Part shown: in pieces, positions 36,358-50,000 of the stretch | Layout: every line of letters begins with the position of its first letter | How positions within the stretch are numbered: the first letter of the stretch is position 1 | Assembly: GCA_048213135.1 (NCBI GenBank) | Contig: PS015081.1 | Location: forward strand, 1 to 64,000 | Reading direction: 5' to 3' | DNA length: 64,000 nucleotides | Source: Reclinomonas americana ATCC 50394 | Taxonomy: Eukaryota | The notes under the pieces: model-generated | What the model saw: the letters and a program-made list of their open reading frames with translations, nothing else | What the model was told of the DNA's origin: nothing | The model's database searches: none | Program-made: the position numbers and the translations under genes

Positions 36358-39300
36358 TCAATTCACAGGCACATCAGCAGCCACGCTCAAAGTACGCGCA
36401 ACTTGCTCGAGCAGTCGACCGCGTTCCACCTCACGCTGCCGATTGGCACTCACTGGCGATCTGACGGCGAGTGGCGTGACGGCACTGACGCGCGAGTTGG
36501 GAGTGGCGGCCAGCGGAGTATTTGTACGCACAGCTGGGGATGCCGCAGCGCTGCTCACCACGGTGGGTGCGAGTGGCGACATGGAGGCCCGATGGTGCTC
36601 CTGGCGACGTGCCAACAGACTCCACCGAACTGGTTGCTGCTGCTGCTGCTGCTGCTCTTCTCGAGCCTGTGATGCGCCACCATCCTCGTCGCTGTCGTCG
36701 GTCGACGATAGCAGCGAGCGCAGCACGTTGCTGTCGCTTCCTTTCAGGCGGATGCTGCGAATCACCTCCGTGGTCCACTGAGCCTGCTCCTGTCGCCGCT
36801 GACGTGCCACTTGTAGTGGTCCCGAGTCATCGCCGCCGCGTGCGTCGTCATTGCTGGCCACCAGGGGTGCGGGGGCGGCACTGACAATGGGGGACACGGA
36901 GCCGGCCGCACCACTCTGCAACAAAAATATGAAAAGATCCACCACCACCATGGCACACTCACTTGCATGTCACGTACCTCGAGCTGCAAGAACACCGACT
37001 CCGGAGCCACCCCGGCCGCCGCATCTTCCACACCTTCCCGTCCGCGGTCACCATCTTCCTCTGCAGCCTCCTCTACAGCCTCCTCCTCCTCATCGTACCA
37101 CGGCGAGGAAGACGCCGTCGAGGCGCCACTCTCCTCCTCCTCCTCTGCATCTTCCTCGTCTTCCAGGTCCCACTCACCGCCGCTGTCGTCCTCGGCAGAA
37201 CTCTCGTCGTCGACATCAAACGTCAGCGGTCGCAGTGACTGAGTCGCCGTCAGCAGGAATACAAACAGCAGCACGCAGGCAGACATCCAACAGACCTGAA
37301 TGGCACTCAGTCGCATCGACACACGAGAGGAGACGCGCAGCGAGTCGCGTGACATGAGCGTGCTCACGGGAGCCGCCGCCAGTGGTGCCGGCGGATCGGC
37401 TGCAGCAGTGCCACCCAGCCACTGCTCGGCAAATGAGACCGGCGGCATCGGTACTTCTGCAAATGTGGCCTGGTGCGTCTCGTACGCCATGATGGCTGCG
37501 GCGTGATCATGGGTGAGTGAGTCTCTGATTGCACGCATTACTCATTATTAACTGCATGTACCTTGTTGGACGGCGTGCACGGCGTCAGTGGAGTGCTGCA
37601 GACTCTTTTCTCGTCGCTTGACGTATTCCGCAAACTGCATCGAGACATCAGCAACAAGAGCACATCGTCTCCACGACTGCAGCACACACCCGCTGCTGGG
37701 CCTCCTGATACTCTGACGAAAACCCCTGGTAGTACGGCGACGGCCGAGCGGCAAACTTGCGCGTGCCGCTGCCCCCAGACCGACGACAGCAGCGACAGCA
37801 AAACGCACTGCCGGCCCGACAACAGCGCCACGTTCCGCGAGTGCATTTCTCCAAGCGCGCGCAGCATCGCAGCCAGCACTGCCGCCGTCGACAGCAGCGC
37901 CACAGGAGCAGAACAAGCACGAGAAGCAGAGCTGCTCCACCGAGGCCAGCCGTCAAGCCAATGATCAGTGGCGTCCGCTGCGGCGCGCGTCACAGTCAGC
38001 ACGTAATGCACAACGAGGCGACTCTCATTCGCAACATTGGTCGGCTGCGGTTCCGCCGCCAGCACCAGGGAGTAATTGCGGGAGGGTGAGAACAGCGACA
38101 TGCCGTCGACAATCGTCATGCAGCGAAAGGTGGTCGAACGGCCACGCACGCGAATCGTCATGTCGTGCGACGTGCCCTCGACCACATTGCCGGCCGGTCC
38201 GGCACCAGCAGCAGCGGTGCCGTCCGTCGTATTGGTGGTTGCACTGGTGCTGTTGGTGTTGACTCGCGGAAAGTCGTGGCTTCGCACACGATTCACCGAG
38301 TACACACACGGGAGGATCGACAGACACGACTGTGTGCTGTCGAGAGCCACGGGAGTGTACCTGCGTAAGAGGAAAGCACGTCAACGACAGCGTCAAAGCG
38401 GACGCATTTCTGCATGGACTCACGCCGGATTGAGCAGAAAGGCGCTTTCGAGTGGCTGCTGCGCCTCGCCAAACGTGTAGAACACGCGACCAAACGACAC
38501 GGAGCCGCCGAGATCCACATGCACAAGGGCCTCGTAGGGCGCCACTTGCTCCAGCGTGAGCGTCGGGGCCGGCTGACGCTGCTCGACCACAACCCACCTT
38601 GAGCATGCCGACTATAGGGGAAATGCATGCAGCGAGCAGAACAGACGCAAACCTCGCGAACTTCGAAACGACGACTGAGAGTGGCGCTCGGGAGAAAGCC
38701 GGGCTCACGCACTTGTCCAAAGATGGTGAACCCGTCGCCCATGGCCGGGGTAACAAACACCGCCCCGAGATACATGGACCAGTCGCTCACCACTGACCCC
38801 ATCAATAGCTATGAGGTGGGGCGACAAAGAGAACAACGCGAGACGCAGCGACAGACCAGTGTTATTGCGTGCCACCACTCGCAGAAAGAGGTAGCCGGTG
38901 AACTGAGTGTCGTCGAAACGCAATACTGTGCGCGGTGTGATAATGTACAGCTGCGGATCGCTGGGATCTTGGAAGAAGGTGTTGCTGTCGTCCACAGCCA
39001 CGCTGGTGTTGGTAGTGGACGGCACCGGCACAGTGCCCACTGCAAGCAATGGGGATAAGACGCGCGATATCCTCCAGCATAATGGCAGAAACTGCGTAGT
39101 ACCTTGCAGCTCCAACAGTGGCGCATGCTGAGGTGCCTGGAGGACTGTGTAGGAGGCGACAGTCTCGGGACTGGCAAAGTAGTCCGGGTGCACCACTCGA
39201 GCTGTGGTGAATTCAGAACAGGAGAGCACAGCGACGTGCGTCACACAAGGCAGACGCACCTCGCAGTGTGATGCTGCGAGTAAGCAGCAGCGTTGCCGTC

Positions 39301-42300
39301 TGTTGCGCAGGTGCACTGGCGCCTGTGGGGACCAGTCGGAGGAGCAGCTGCACTCGCAAAAGCACACGGTTGGGATTCACCACCACACTGCGCACTGTAC
39401 GAGCGCGTACCTGCCCGGGTTTCGGATCACCGCCATTCGTGGGTAGCGTCGGCGTCGCCGACACTGGTGTGTTGTCGGTGGAGTAGGCAATGTAGGCTGT
39501 CGACGTGCCCGATGGGCCGGCGACAGGCGACTGCGGCGATCGGAACGTCAACGTCACGTTGTACTGGTACCTGTGCGCCAAGTAAGAAGAGATGACGAGA
39601 GCGGAAAACACACACGAATCAGCGCAACTTGAGTGAGCTTTCAGCGGGCGACAGGGTGGCCGACTGCAGTGTCTCCTTGGTAACGTAGCGAGCCACGGTG
39701 GTTGTCGAGGTTTGCCGGCGAGCATCAAAAGTGCGCGCCGACAGCAAGTACACAGTGCGCGGTTGTGAGAGGGTGAGAGAGTTCGGAAATACGGCTGCGG
39801 CATCGTCGGGAGTGGTGCCGTCCAGAGTGTAGCGGATGATTGGCGTGCCGGACAGCATCGACGGCACACGAGCAGTCACGACACTACCCACTGGAACATC
39901 GCCAGCCGCCAGCGAGAGCAACGGGGGCGAATGAGCATCACCGAGGAGAAAGCAGGAGTCGTCCGAGTCGCGACGGTATCTGCACGGCAAGAGTCAACAC
40001 AAACGACAACATCACAGTTCCGCGCCCACTGATTCGTCTCTCACTCAACTCGTCGAGGCACGCACAGTCGCTCACACGCGCTCGCGGCTCCACACTGCCC
40101 GACGAACCAACGCCACACGCGGCGCACGCCAGCACGGGAGCGAGCGTGGTCGCGCCCGTGTGCTGTCGGTCGCGCAGCACGGCGGGGGTGGTGCCGCTCT
40201 GCGGCAGCTCCAGACCGGCGGTCAGTGTCACCGACGTGGAGGTACTGGGGTACTTGGCATCGGCGGCCAGTGGCCGCGTGATCTCCACTTGTGTGCCATC
40301 GGCAGTCACGGCGTACACACGTACGCCGCGTGCCGCCGACATGGTGGATGGCATGTTGTAGACGGTCACCGAAGTGATGCTCACGGTGCTGGCAAACTTG
40401 AGCTCCACTCGGAAAAAGCCGGCATTGCGGCTGAGAAAGTTGTCTGCATGACAGAGGATGAGTGGAAACGAGGGGAGAGAGACAGGGAGATGGATGGGAG
40501 AGAGTCTTACCCACGGAGAGCGCGGATCCTGTGCGTCCGTCAAACAACTTACTGCACGTGCTCGGCAGCGCCACCGACTCGTTCTCCACACACGACGCAA
40601 TCGGGACACTGTGGCATCGATATCGTGAGCGACACACATACACACACATACATGCACTGTGAATCGACGTACAGGCTGAGCGAGTCGTCGCGTACTTGCA
40701 CCTCGGCCAGGGCCACGGAGCCCGACGAGCAACCCCAACAATTCTTGGCAAAATCGGCCGAGTCCGGCACCGCCGACGTGACCACCAGTGACGCCGCACG
40801 CCACACTTGATAGAACAGTGGTCCGCACGCGCACAGGCAGTTGGCGTCGCGCACCATCCCAGATCCACAGAACGGCACGCAGATGCCCATGGCGGCGCAC
40901 TCCTCGGAGCCGGGAGCGCACTGGCACTGCTGTGTGTTGGCGTTGCGCACCTGATCCGCGCGACACACCGGCACACAGGTGGAGGAACCCCCGGCCGGCA
41001 CCACGGTGGTCTCTCCCAGACGCGTGTCGCACGAGCTGGTTGATCATGGAGGCGACCGACGGTGAGACACACGCAACACTGTGCACTTACGCCTGTGGGT
41101 GCGTACCTGACACCAGGCTGCACGAATGGTCGAAAAGCAAGGCCACTCGACAACCAGCGCACTGTGCCCGCGTACACCCGCACCTCGTCAATGTCGCCCA
41201 CAAAGAACTGGGCGGGCGAGAACGCCGCCAGCGAGGTGAACATCTGCGCAGTGCTCCAATGTCAGGCAGGCACCAAGAGAGTGAGAGGCAAGGGAGCCTC
41301 CGCAACATTGGTGCCGCCGACCGCGAATCCTGCACCCACGGCTGTCACGTCGGCAGTGAACAGCGTTGACACGGCCAACTGCGCATTCCACGTGCCCGTG
41401 ACCACCTCCACCGCACCGGCATTCAGTCGGCAGTCGCACGACACTGTTGTGTCGACGACGCGACATCGGAGAAACACATGATTCCACTGTGTCGCCTGCC
41501 CCCCACCTCGTTGTGAGGCACAGACAGTGACATGAGGGAGATGAAAGCAGTGGCATACCGCATACGATCGCCACGTGGTCCACACAGTGCCGCCGGTGAG
41601 CCACGCACTCTGCCAGGCGATTCGCAGTTGATTCGAGGCATTCTGTTGCACGCGCACACTCCAGTACGGAAAGCTGTGTGGTGCGCCATAAGAGAGAGTA
41701 TGTATGTATGTGTGGGTGAAGACGACGCAACAAGGCGACGAGAACGAGATCGTTGGCGGCAGCACTCGACGGGCGAATCCACGCCTCCACGGTGATCGAT
41801 TGGTTGGACAAGTTGGCCAGCGCGCACGAGGGGACATTGCACTGCACGCAAGTTGACAGGCGGTGGTGAGAGGACAGCAAAGGTGAGTGCTTGTCAATGT
41901 GTTTACCTGCGGGCTCAGTGGCGCAAACAGCTGGAACGGCGACGCCGACGGACAGTTGTCCATGCCGCCGCCAGATCCGACAAACGTCTGCAGGTACGCC
42001 GGCAGAGTGGCACCACCGGGTGGCGTGCACGAGAAGCGACTGTTGTTGTTGGCTGGTGAGTAGTAGCCGCGGCCGACGGGATCGCACGACGTGCCCTGCA
42101 TCAGCAGCGGAGAGGGGTCAGCTGTCCGCAGTGGTTCGAAATTGATATCGTCTGAGAGATACCGAGTTGTAATAGTCGACAGCGGTGCACAGGAACGGGC
42201 AGTTGGCGTCGCCCCAACCAGTGGCTGTGTACGAGCCTAGGCTAGGATCAGACGTCATGTTGGTGCTGCACACGAGAAGGAATGAGCGCAGCGACTGAAA

Positions 42301-45300
42301 CTCGGAGATTGTGAACAACATCATCGAAACCATTCGTAAATCGCATTATCGTATGCAGGACTCCAGGAGCCTGGTGTTGTTTGGAGACAGGCGTTGCCGA
42401 TGCGAAAGTATCCAGCCAGCTTGCACACCCACGGGCATCCATTCGCAGTGCCCTTTCCAGTGCCGTAGAATCTATGCATGTTACCAAATATCAGCACCAG
42501 TTTCTGTTGTCCAGAGAGACGACGCGTGTTGCACGCAACACGTAGTTGTTCTGCGGCTGCGCCGGTGGCGTGCAGGGGTATGCGGAGCAGTCGTTGGCTG
42601 GTGAGTACTGCCCTGCCTGCACCGGTACGTAGTTTGCCACACCATTCGTCACTGTGCATATCGCATCGATTCCACAATTGAAAACAATGCACATGGAGTC
42701 GACGGTCGGATGCAGCACTGCAGTGGGCAGCGCTGACGGAGTCGTCATTGTCGCCACTGCAGTGCGTGACCGAATCCACGGCCTGTCAATGCGGATCGGT
42801 GTGGTGGCAGTCGTGGCCGTTCTGCGATCGTGGACTGGCACGTCGAACATTGCGCTGTCTGCATGCACATCCAGTGTCAGCAGCCAGCAACAACAACCAT
42901 GCAGCACAGATCCGCAGCAACGCAGCTAACAGACAGTCCAGCAAAGCGGAGGAACCGATCCGAGTCCGCGGCTCGACTGCTGGTGCGTTGGGCGTCGTTG
43001 ACATTCATGGCACTGTCGGTGACGACGTTGAGGCGGGACGAAAACACCAGTGCACTGCGTGCTTCAGGTCGCGAGTCTGTGGCGGCAGTCAGCACACACG
43101 TAGAACTGCGTGCGTGGACCGGGCATGTCCACTTACCGACGGCGGCCGTCGTGTGGCCCAGCAGCGAGTCTCCAAACAGCTCCACTTGCAAGTCGCCCAC
43201 ACGCGTGGCGAGATCGCGACACAGCATGAGGCCTGTCGGCGCCGCAGCGCGTGTGAGGTCGAGCCACTGCATGCAGCTAGTGTGAGACAGAACACTGAAA
43301 GCACAGCGATTCGTCGAGGATGGAACGCGCACCGCGATGACTTCGGCGAGCTTCTGTTGCCAGCACGTGTGCAGCATGGCGAGTCGTGACACATTGCGAC
43401 GCGAGGAGACTGCCAAGGCGCCTGCCGTGTCGGTGTAGGTGCCACCAGAGGCCGCCACAATGGAGGCGATGCGATCGGCCAGACGCGAGGCAACTTGTGC
43501 GACGCGTGTTTTGATGGTCGCTCGCGACAAAGTGCGGCCGGTGAGAAACGTCTCCATTTGTTGATTTACGGCTGTCAATGCATTGCGCTGTGCGGTGGAA
43601 CCGAGCGCCTGCGTGCCGTCAAATAGCACTGGTTTACGAGTAACGTGAGTTAGGCGCAGTAATGTGCAGCAGCGATCTCCTCAGTGTTCCGCAAACCTTT
43701 TTGCTGCAGCGCATCGATCAAGAAGCGAAATGTCTCCGCCAGCGCCCGCCGTATCTCGAGTGAAATACTGACCACCATCAACACGTCCTCCAGCTCGCTG
43801 TACACACATGCGCACATGCAAATATGACTCGAAGGCTTTTCATCGCGTCAGTGCGGGTTGGGCACCAGACCTTTGCATCAGTTTTGCATCGCTGCCGGTA
43901 TTGGCGTCGAACACGGTGAAAAACGTCGTGCAATACGCCGTCAGCAGTGTGGTGGTCGTGCTCTCAAAGTTGGAAGCGAGAGTCGCCACGGCGGAGTCGA
44001 GTTGTGCGCGAGTCGCCGCTGCGCGACAGTGAGTGAGTGAGAGAGATGGGGGACAAAGAGAGAAGAGAAGACATGCGGTACTCACGCGCGGTGATCTGGG
44101 TCTGGTAATTGTTGACCGTGATGACTGCAGCGGCCATGGCCGCCAGACGTGCACTGGCCACCGCGGTCGCGGTGACACCACTAACGGAGCTTACTGTGCC
44201 GATCACACTCTGTGTGATAGGAGAGAAGGTGTCATGCAACGTACTCACTCACACTGTATGCACACTCACCGAGGCGGCAGGGATCGAGTTGGCGGAGAAC
44301 GGAGTGAGCAGGTCGTCACGCACTCGCAGCAACAGCGCGCTGACTGCGGCGCTGTGTGTCGGCAACAGTCCAGTGACGTACGTGTTGTAGCGCGCAAAGC
44401 GCTGCGTGTCGGCCGAGGTCTGCGACGCTGCGCGAGACCATGGTCATTCTCGGAAATGTGTGACCTGTGTGAATACCTTGCTGTACCTTGGACAACAGTC
44501 GCTGCCGACGAGTCGATCACCGCCTGCAGCTGCGTCCCGATCGCTCGCGCATTGGCAAAGAGGCGCGCTCTCTGTCGCCAGCCCGTGGCCACCGCAGCAC
44601 TTCGTGCGTTGATTTCCGTTGCCCACTGGAGAGTGGAGGTGCTCTGCGAAATCACTCGGTGGTGAGTGGCCTGCGGCAGCCTCGCGCACAGTGACATACG
44701 CACAGTGGTAGACAGCTGCATGGGCAGCGGAATGCCGGCCGTCGTGCAAGTCACCGCCGGCGCAATGGTCATTGCAGTCAAACAGGGGGACGGCTGCAGC
44801 GCCGACGCCTGCACCACGTTGACCAGCGAGTCTGCCAGCCGCACGAGAGTTGGTATGCTGGATGGCGTGCACGAGACGTGGAGGAGAACGCAACAGAAGC
44901 ACAGTCGCTCCCAGTCCCAGCGCAACTGGAGAGCACCCAGCGTATTGACGCCGCTCCACAACCGCACATCCCACGAATCGAGAATCCACGTGAGAAACGG
45001 CTTGCTGGACGCCTCACGCGCGTCACTCACACACACGGTGGGCGAGGGATTCGTCAGGAGCGAAAGTGTCAGCAGCGGCAGCGGAGCAGCGCCAGAGGCC
45101 ACCGACACGGTGACGAGTGAGGCCCACGACTCGGCAGCCACGTCGCCGCCCACAGTATCCCACACGACGTCGCTGGCGGAGCACGTGGCTGTAGAGTAGG
45201 TTGTGTTTAGCCACAGCCTCATATCTCTCGCTCTCTGAATAGCGCAGGTGTACGAACCGGAAGCCACCAGCAAGCACACCATCACCAGCAACACCGCCCA

Positions 45301-45321
45301 TCTCGAGGCGATCGTCATCAT
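36358..45321 (-). CDS. Giant type I membrane/surface protein: signal peptide, helical region, Cys-rich repeats, LamG/ConA-like, EGF-like, chitobiase/Fn3-associated domain, TM helix, Cys-rich juxtamembrane and acidic tail
   Basis: Signal peptide MMTIASRWAVLLVMVCLLVASG. Three GxYSPAxxN..C...GxG...CP repeats. LamG-like SITVEAWIRP...FFVGDIDEVRVY. PIIRYTLDGTTPD. TM LIIGLTAGLGGAALLLVLVLLLWRCCRRR. Not every junction was verified. Confidence 0.65.
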
Positions 45322-45529
45322 CGGTTGCTCACTCGCTCACCAATGCGTGGGCAAACGTAAAGACACTGTGCGCGCGCACCGCGAGATAGAGCGAGCAGCA
45401 GTATCGCGATGTGAGAAAGAAGGTGAACGACGCCAACGCCGGTTGCCATTTTTGACGAGAAACGTCGAAACAGCGCGGGAGGAATTTGTAGACTGGCCTG
45501 TCTTGTTTGCATCACTCCGCGCGCTCTCC

Positions 45530-46697
45530 ATGCCCGACCTCGCAGCAAAGCGGCCCTCGCTGGCCGAGCGCCACGGCCACACCGCACAGGCCAACCTGCT
45601 CAACGCCGTGTTGATGGTGGCGGTGGCGGTCCCAGTGGTGTTCTTTGTGCGTGCCTCGTTTGCCACAGCCGCCGCTGCCTCCTCCGCCGACTCGCTGCTC
45701 GACTGGGCGCTGCTCACCGCACGCCAATGGAACCCGCTGGTCGCTGTCAACGTGTACTTTTTCGTCTTTGTGTGCATTGGCTTCTGGCTGCTCTCGCTGG
45801 CGCAAGACTCGACCTGGTGCGCACACACGCTGCTCTCTCTCTCTCTCTCTCGTCAAGCAGTGCATGCTCACTCTCGCGCACACTCGCGTGTGCATGCAGG
45901 TTGATTGATCCCTACTGGACCTTCATCCCGGTTCTCATTGCGCATTTCTACGCTGCTCACCCCGACGCCTCCGACGCCTCCGGCCTTCGCTCCTTCGTGA
46001 CACTGGTGCTGACGTGGTTCTGGGCGGTGCGCCTCACGCACAACTACTTCCGTCGCGAGGAGTGGAACTTTGGCGCGCGCGAGGACTGGCGTTTCACCGA
46101 GTACCGCCAGAAGCTCGGGCGCTGGTGGTGGATCGCGCAGCTGCCGATTGCGTACCTCTCGCAGCAGCTGATGCTGGTGGGCATCACAGTGCCGCTGTAC
46201 GCCGTCAACTTTGCGACCCGGGCACCTGCGTGGGACATGATTGATGTGCTGGCCACGGTGGCGTGTGTCGCCGGCGTGGTCACTGCGTACTTTGCCGACA
46301 CGCAGCTGCACGATTTCATCCGTGCCAATGAGGCGCGAGAGGCCGCCGGTCATAGTTCCGTCTCGCGTTATCCGCGCGGGGTTGTCTCGCTGTGGCACTT
46401 ACTGATTGGCATACAGGCAAGGTGCCAGTGCTGGACACGGGCCTGTGGCGGTACTCGCGGCATCCGAACCACTTTGGTGAGCAGCTCTTCTGGTGGGGCC
46501 TGGCGCTCTTTGCGGTGCGTCTTGGCACGCTGCCGTGGTACTGGTGCATTGCCGGCACCCTCTTCAACACGATTTGCCTGGTGGTTGTCATGCGCATGGT
46601 CGACGATCGAATGCTCGCCCGTCCAGAGCGCCGCGCTGCAGTCGAGGCCTACATACGCCGCACGCCGTTCTGTATTCCGTCGCTGCCTTTCTTCTAA
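45530..46697 (+). CDS. DUF1295 / steroid 5-alpha-reductase-like membrane protein, 3 exons
   Basis: W|LIDPYW, WAVRLTHNYFRREEWNFGAREDWRF, ADTQLHDF, VLDTGLWRYSRHPNHFGEQLFWWGL. Confidence 0.92.
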
Positions 46698-46776
46698 GAG
46701 CTGTGGCGGACAGGCAATTCCATTGATTGGCAAGGCGTAAACGACAATTGTGTGTGCACGTGAGTGAGAGACAGAG

Positions 46777-47011
46777 ATGCACTCTCCGTCAGAGGACTCC
46801 ACTGTCAGTTCATGTGGAGGCGCCTCCTCTGCCTCCTCCTCGCCCTCCTCTTCAGTGGCATCGGCGACTGTGACAACAGAGTGGCCTTTGCGTATGCCTC
46901 GCGATGACTCTGACTTGGACGACGCACTGATGGCGCCTTATGAGCGCCTCCAGACACCGTGTTGGCTCTTTGATGTGCATCAGCAGAGGATGCGATGGGC
47001 AAACAAGGTCA

Positions 47012-47042
<31 letters not shown>

Positions 47043-50000
47043 TGAGAGAAGTGTTTGTCATGACAACAAGAATGTGGTTTTTCGTGCTGTATTCTTGACG
47101 ATGCGTGTGTGTATGAGAAAAGGGAGTACTGCGTGTGTATGTGTGTGAGAGTGTGTGTGTGTGAGAGAGAGGGAGACTCTGTGCACTTTTTCTGATATGT
47201 GCGCCGAGTTTGGCAACTACGCGCGCGAACGTTGTCGAATAGTAACTGTGTTTTGGGAGAGTGTGTGTGAGTGTGAGACCATGACACGTGAGACACACAC
47301 GCAGAGAGCTAGTGACAGAATGTGAGGATGTGCGGGAGAATGTGTGTGCAAATGGGTGTGCGAGAATGGGAATCTTTGGCGAATACCCTTGTCGTTAGTC
47401 ATTTGCCTGTGAGCAGTCACACTTCGTCTCACACACACTCTCACTCTCTCTCACACACACCCGCGTTCTATTGCCATTCCTCCTACCCGCAATGTTTTCG
47501 CTAAATCCGTCGCCTGGTTTCTCCCCATTGGTCACCGTCACCAATAAACAATAATTACAGCCGGCGTTGGCGTTCTGGAGATCGGAGTCGCTGGAGGAGT
47601 TCCGCGCGCGCGATTTCAGCGACAATACACCGGAAACCGACTGGCAAGTGCGAGACGTGATTACGCGTTCTGTGCACGATCCTGCGGCGTCGTCCCACGC
47701 GTTGTGGACTTTTTATCCAAAGGTCTGTCTCACTCTCTTCCTCCCTCAATTGATCATTGTTCACTCATGGATTGTCTGTCTCTCTGTCTCCCCGTTGCAG
47801 GGTCGGGCAGTGCAGGCTTCGATCACCATGACTGGTTTCGAGATCCGAACCGGTCGCCGGCTATTGTTTGTCGAAGCCATTCCGCGTGTCGAGTCCACCG
47901 ACCACAAGAGGCTAGTGCGATGGGCCGAGGCCTCCCGTTTCATCACCACCATGGTGACGATTTACACGGACGGTTTGTGTGTTGGGTTCGCTCTCCGCGC
48001 CAGCTGCACACTGTGGTGCTCATCCTGTCGTTGCAGAGGGTCAGATTGCCGCCCGCAATCACTCGGCCATGAAGTGCTTTCACGACTGTGAGGTGTCGCA
48101 TGGAGTGACGAGTCTCGATTCCATTTACGACGTGCTCGGTCCCGCCGACGGCCCGCACGCGCAGTCGTCGTCGTGTGTGCGCCGCACGGCGTCCAACACC
48201 GAGTCCGAGAACGTGACGTGCGATTGCCCAAGAGTTGCGTCGTCCGCGTGGTCCCTTGTTTGCTGCCGAAGCTAACGATAACCACAACCAACAGTGCGAT
48301 CGCAATGCAAGCCACTGGCGCTCGCAGTTCATGGCTCACGTGGTGGATCGCACACTGGTGCAACTCATTGTCGAGCGCACTTTCTTCGAGGGCGACACTG
48401 TGGAGTTTCCGCGTGTGTTGATCAGTGCCAATGGCCACATTCGGTGAGCAGTAAGCAATCCTGCAAGCACACACAGGAAGCAATCCTCACCTCTCTCCCC
48501 TCAAAAAAAAACACACAGATACCACAGCATCATGGCACGCCGCATTCGCGATCCGTCCGCCGAGGGCTCGATGGTCGTCGTCGTTCAGGAGGACGATGTC
48601 ACGCAACTCACTACGACAAGCCAACAGCTGTCGGCCATGGAGGAGACGTTGATGCACTTCCAGATGCCAGTCGCCATGCTCTCCCTGTCGCTGCAGTCCG
48701 GACAGGTGCGCGTTCCTCCTGCTGCTGACAGACACTGCTGACACTCACTTTCCCGCCGACAGCGCTCATCGTTGAACATGGACAATGCGCGACACAACCT
48801 GCGCGTGGTGGCCTCCAGCTGTGGTTTCCGAGAGCTCTTGCGACCGTCGACAGATTTGTTTGTGTCGACGGTGGTCGCCAGCGATCAGGATGCGGCTGTG
48901 AGCGCGGTAGTTCGCTGCTTGCAAACCATGAGCGTCACCGAGGTGCAGGTGTCGTGCGTCGGCAATGCGAGCTCGGTTCTGCAGTGTCAGTTCAAGTTGA
49001 CGCCCGTGTCAAAACAAGTTACGAGAGCGAAGTCCGTGTGGTCGTTTGCACGTTGTGGCTCACATCTGTGGTCGCAGACGGATGTCATTCACTCAGTGCT
49101 GCTCGAGGTCACCGATATCACGCATCGTGTGCACGATCAGACGACGCTCTCCGTTTTTCAGGATATCTTTAGGTGCGTATATGCGTTCATGAGGTCCGCT
49201 GTGTGTGGTAATGTGCTGACGCTTGTTGCTGGTTGTTAGTAATCTGTTTGCCGGCGTGCTGGTGGTAAATGTTCCGCCGGGTGCGGAGGAGAGCGAACAG
49301 CACTTCCTGGAGGCTGCGACGGTCCACGGAACCAACGCACTTGCGTGCGAGATGCTCGGTCGCGACTCGTCAGCCGGTATGCATCTGCCGGCACGTCTCT
49401 GCCTCCCTTTCCCACCTCACCCTGTTCTGCCTCCAGCGTTGTGGTCGGAAGATGGCTTGCCGTTCCTGCAGGCATGTGCACCGTTGGCGAACGAAGCTGG
49501 CATGGTGCAGGCCTGCATACAAGCGATCCGGACAAACTCTGCGTGGATGCTGCAGCGCATCACGCTGCCGAGCAAGAAGCACTACCACGTGCGAGTGTTC
49601 CCGCTCACCTCGCCTCACCAAATCGGCATTGCACTCCTCAACGTCACCGACCGCGTGGCAGTGGAGAACAAGCTGCAGTTGCGTTTCTCCTCCTCCTCAA
49701 CAGCTGCCGTTGCCATGCTGACAGCCGTCGCAGACTGCTGAAGCAGGCGCTGGAGAGTTCATCGGAGGGCATTCTTGTGGTGGAGCAGTACGATCGCTCC
49801 CCCGAGTATCCGGTTGCCTTTGTCAACGAGACAGCTGAGCGCATTCTCGGACACAGCTATCGGTTGGTGGCATCTCTTCTTCCTCCTTTCGAGTGCGAGC
49901 GTTTTCCTAATCACACACACTCATCACAGCGCTCTACTATCACCACCGTGGTTTGACGAGAAAACTCCGACCATGGTCCCTTCGGAGGCCACCATGTCGC

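Noticed and set aside
41035-41106. GTTGCG near 41079 (minus) or a GC donor for this intron
   Set aside because: Only the canonical AG|GTACGC donor gives the phase needed for the next exon, so it was not counted.
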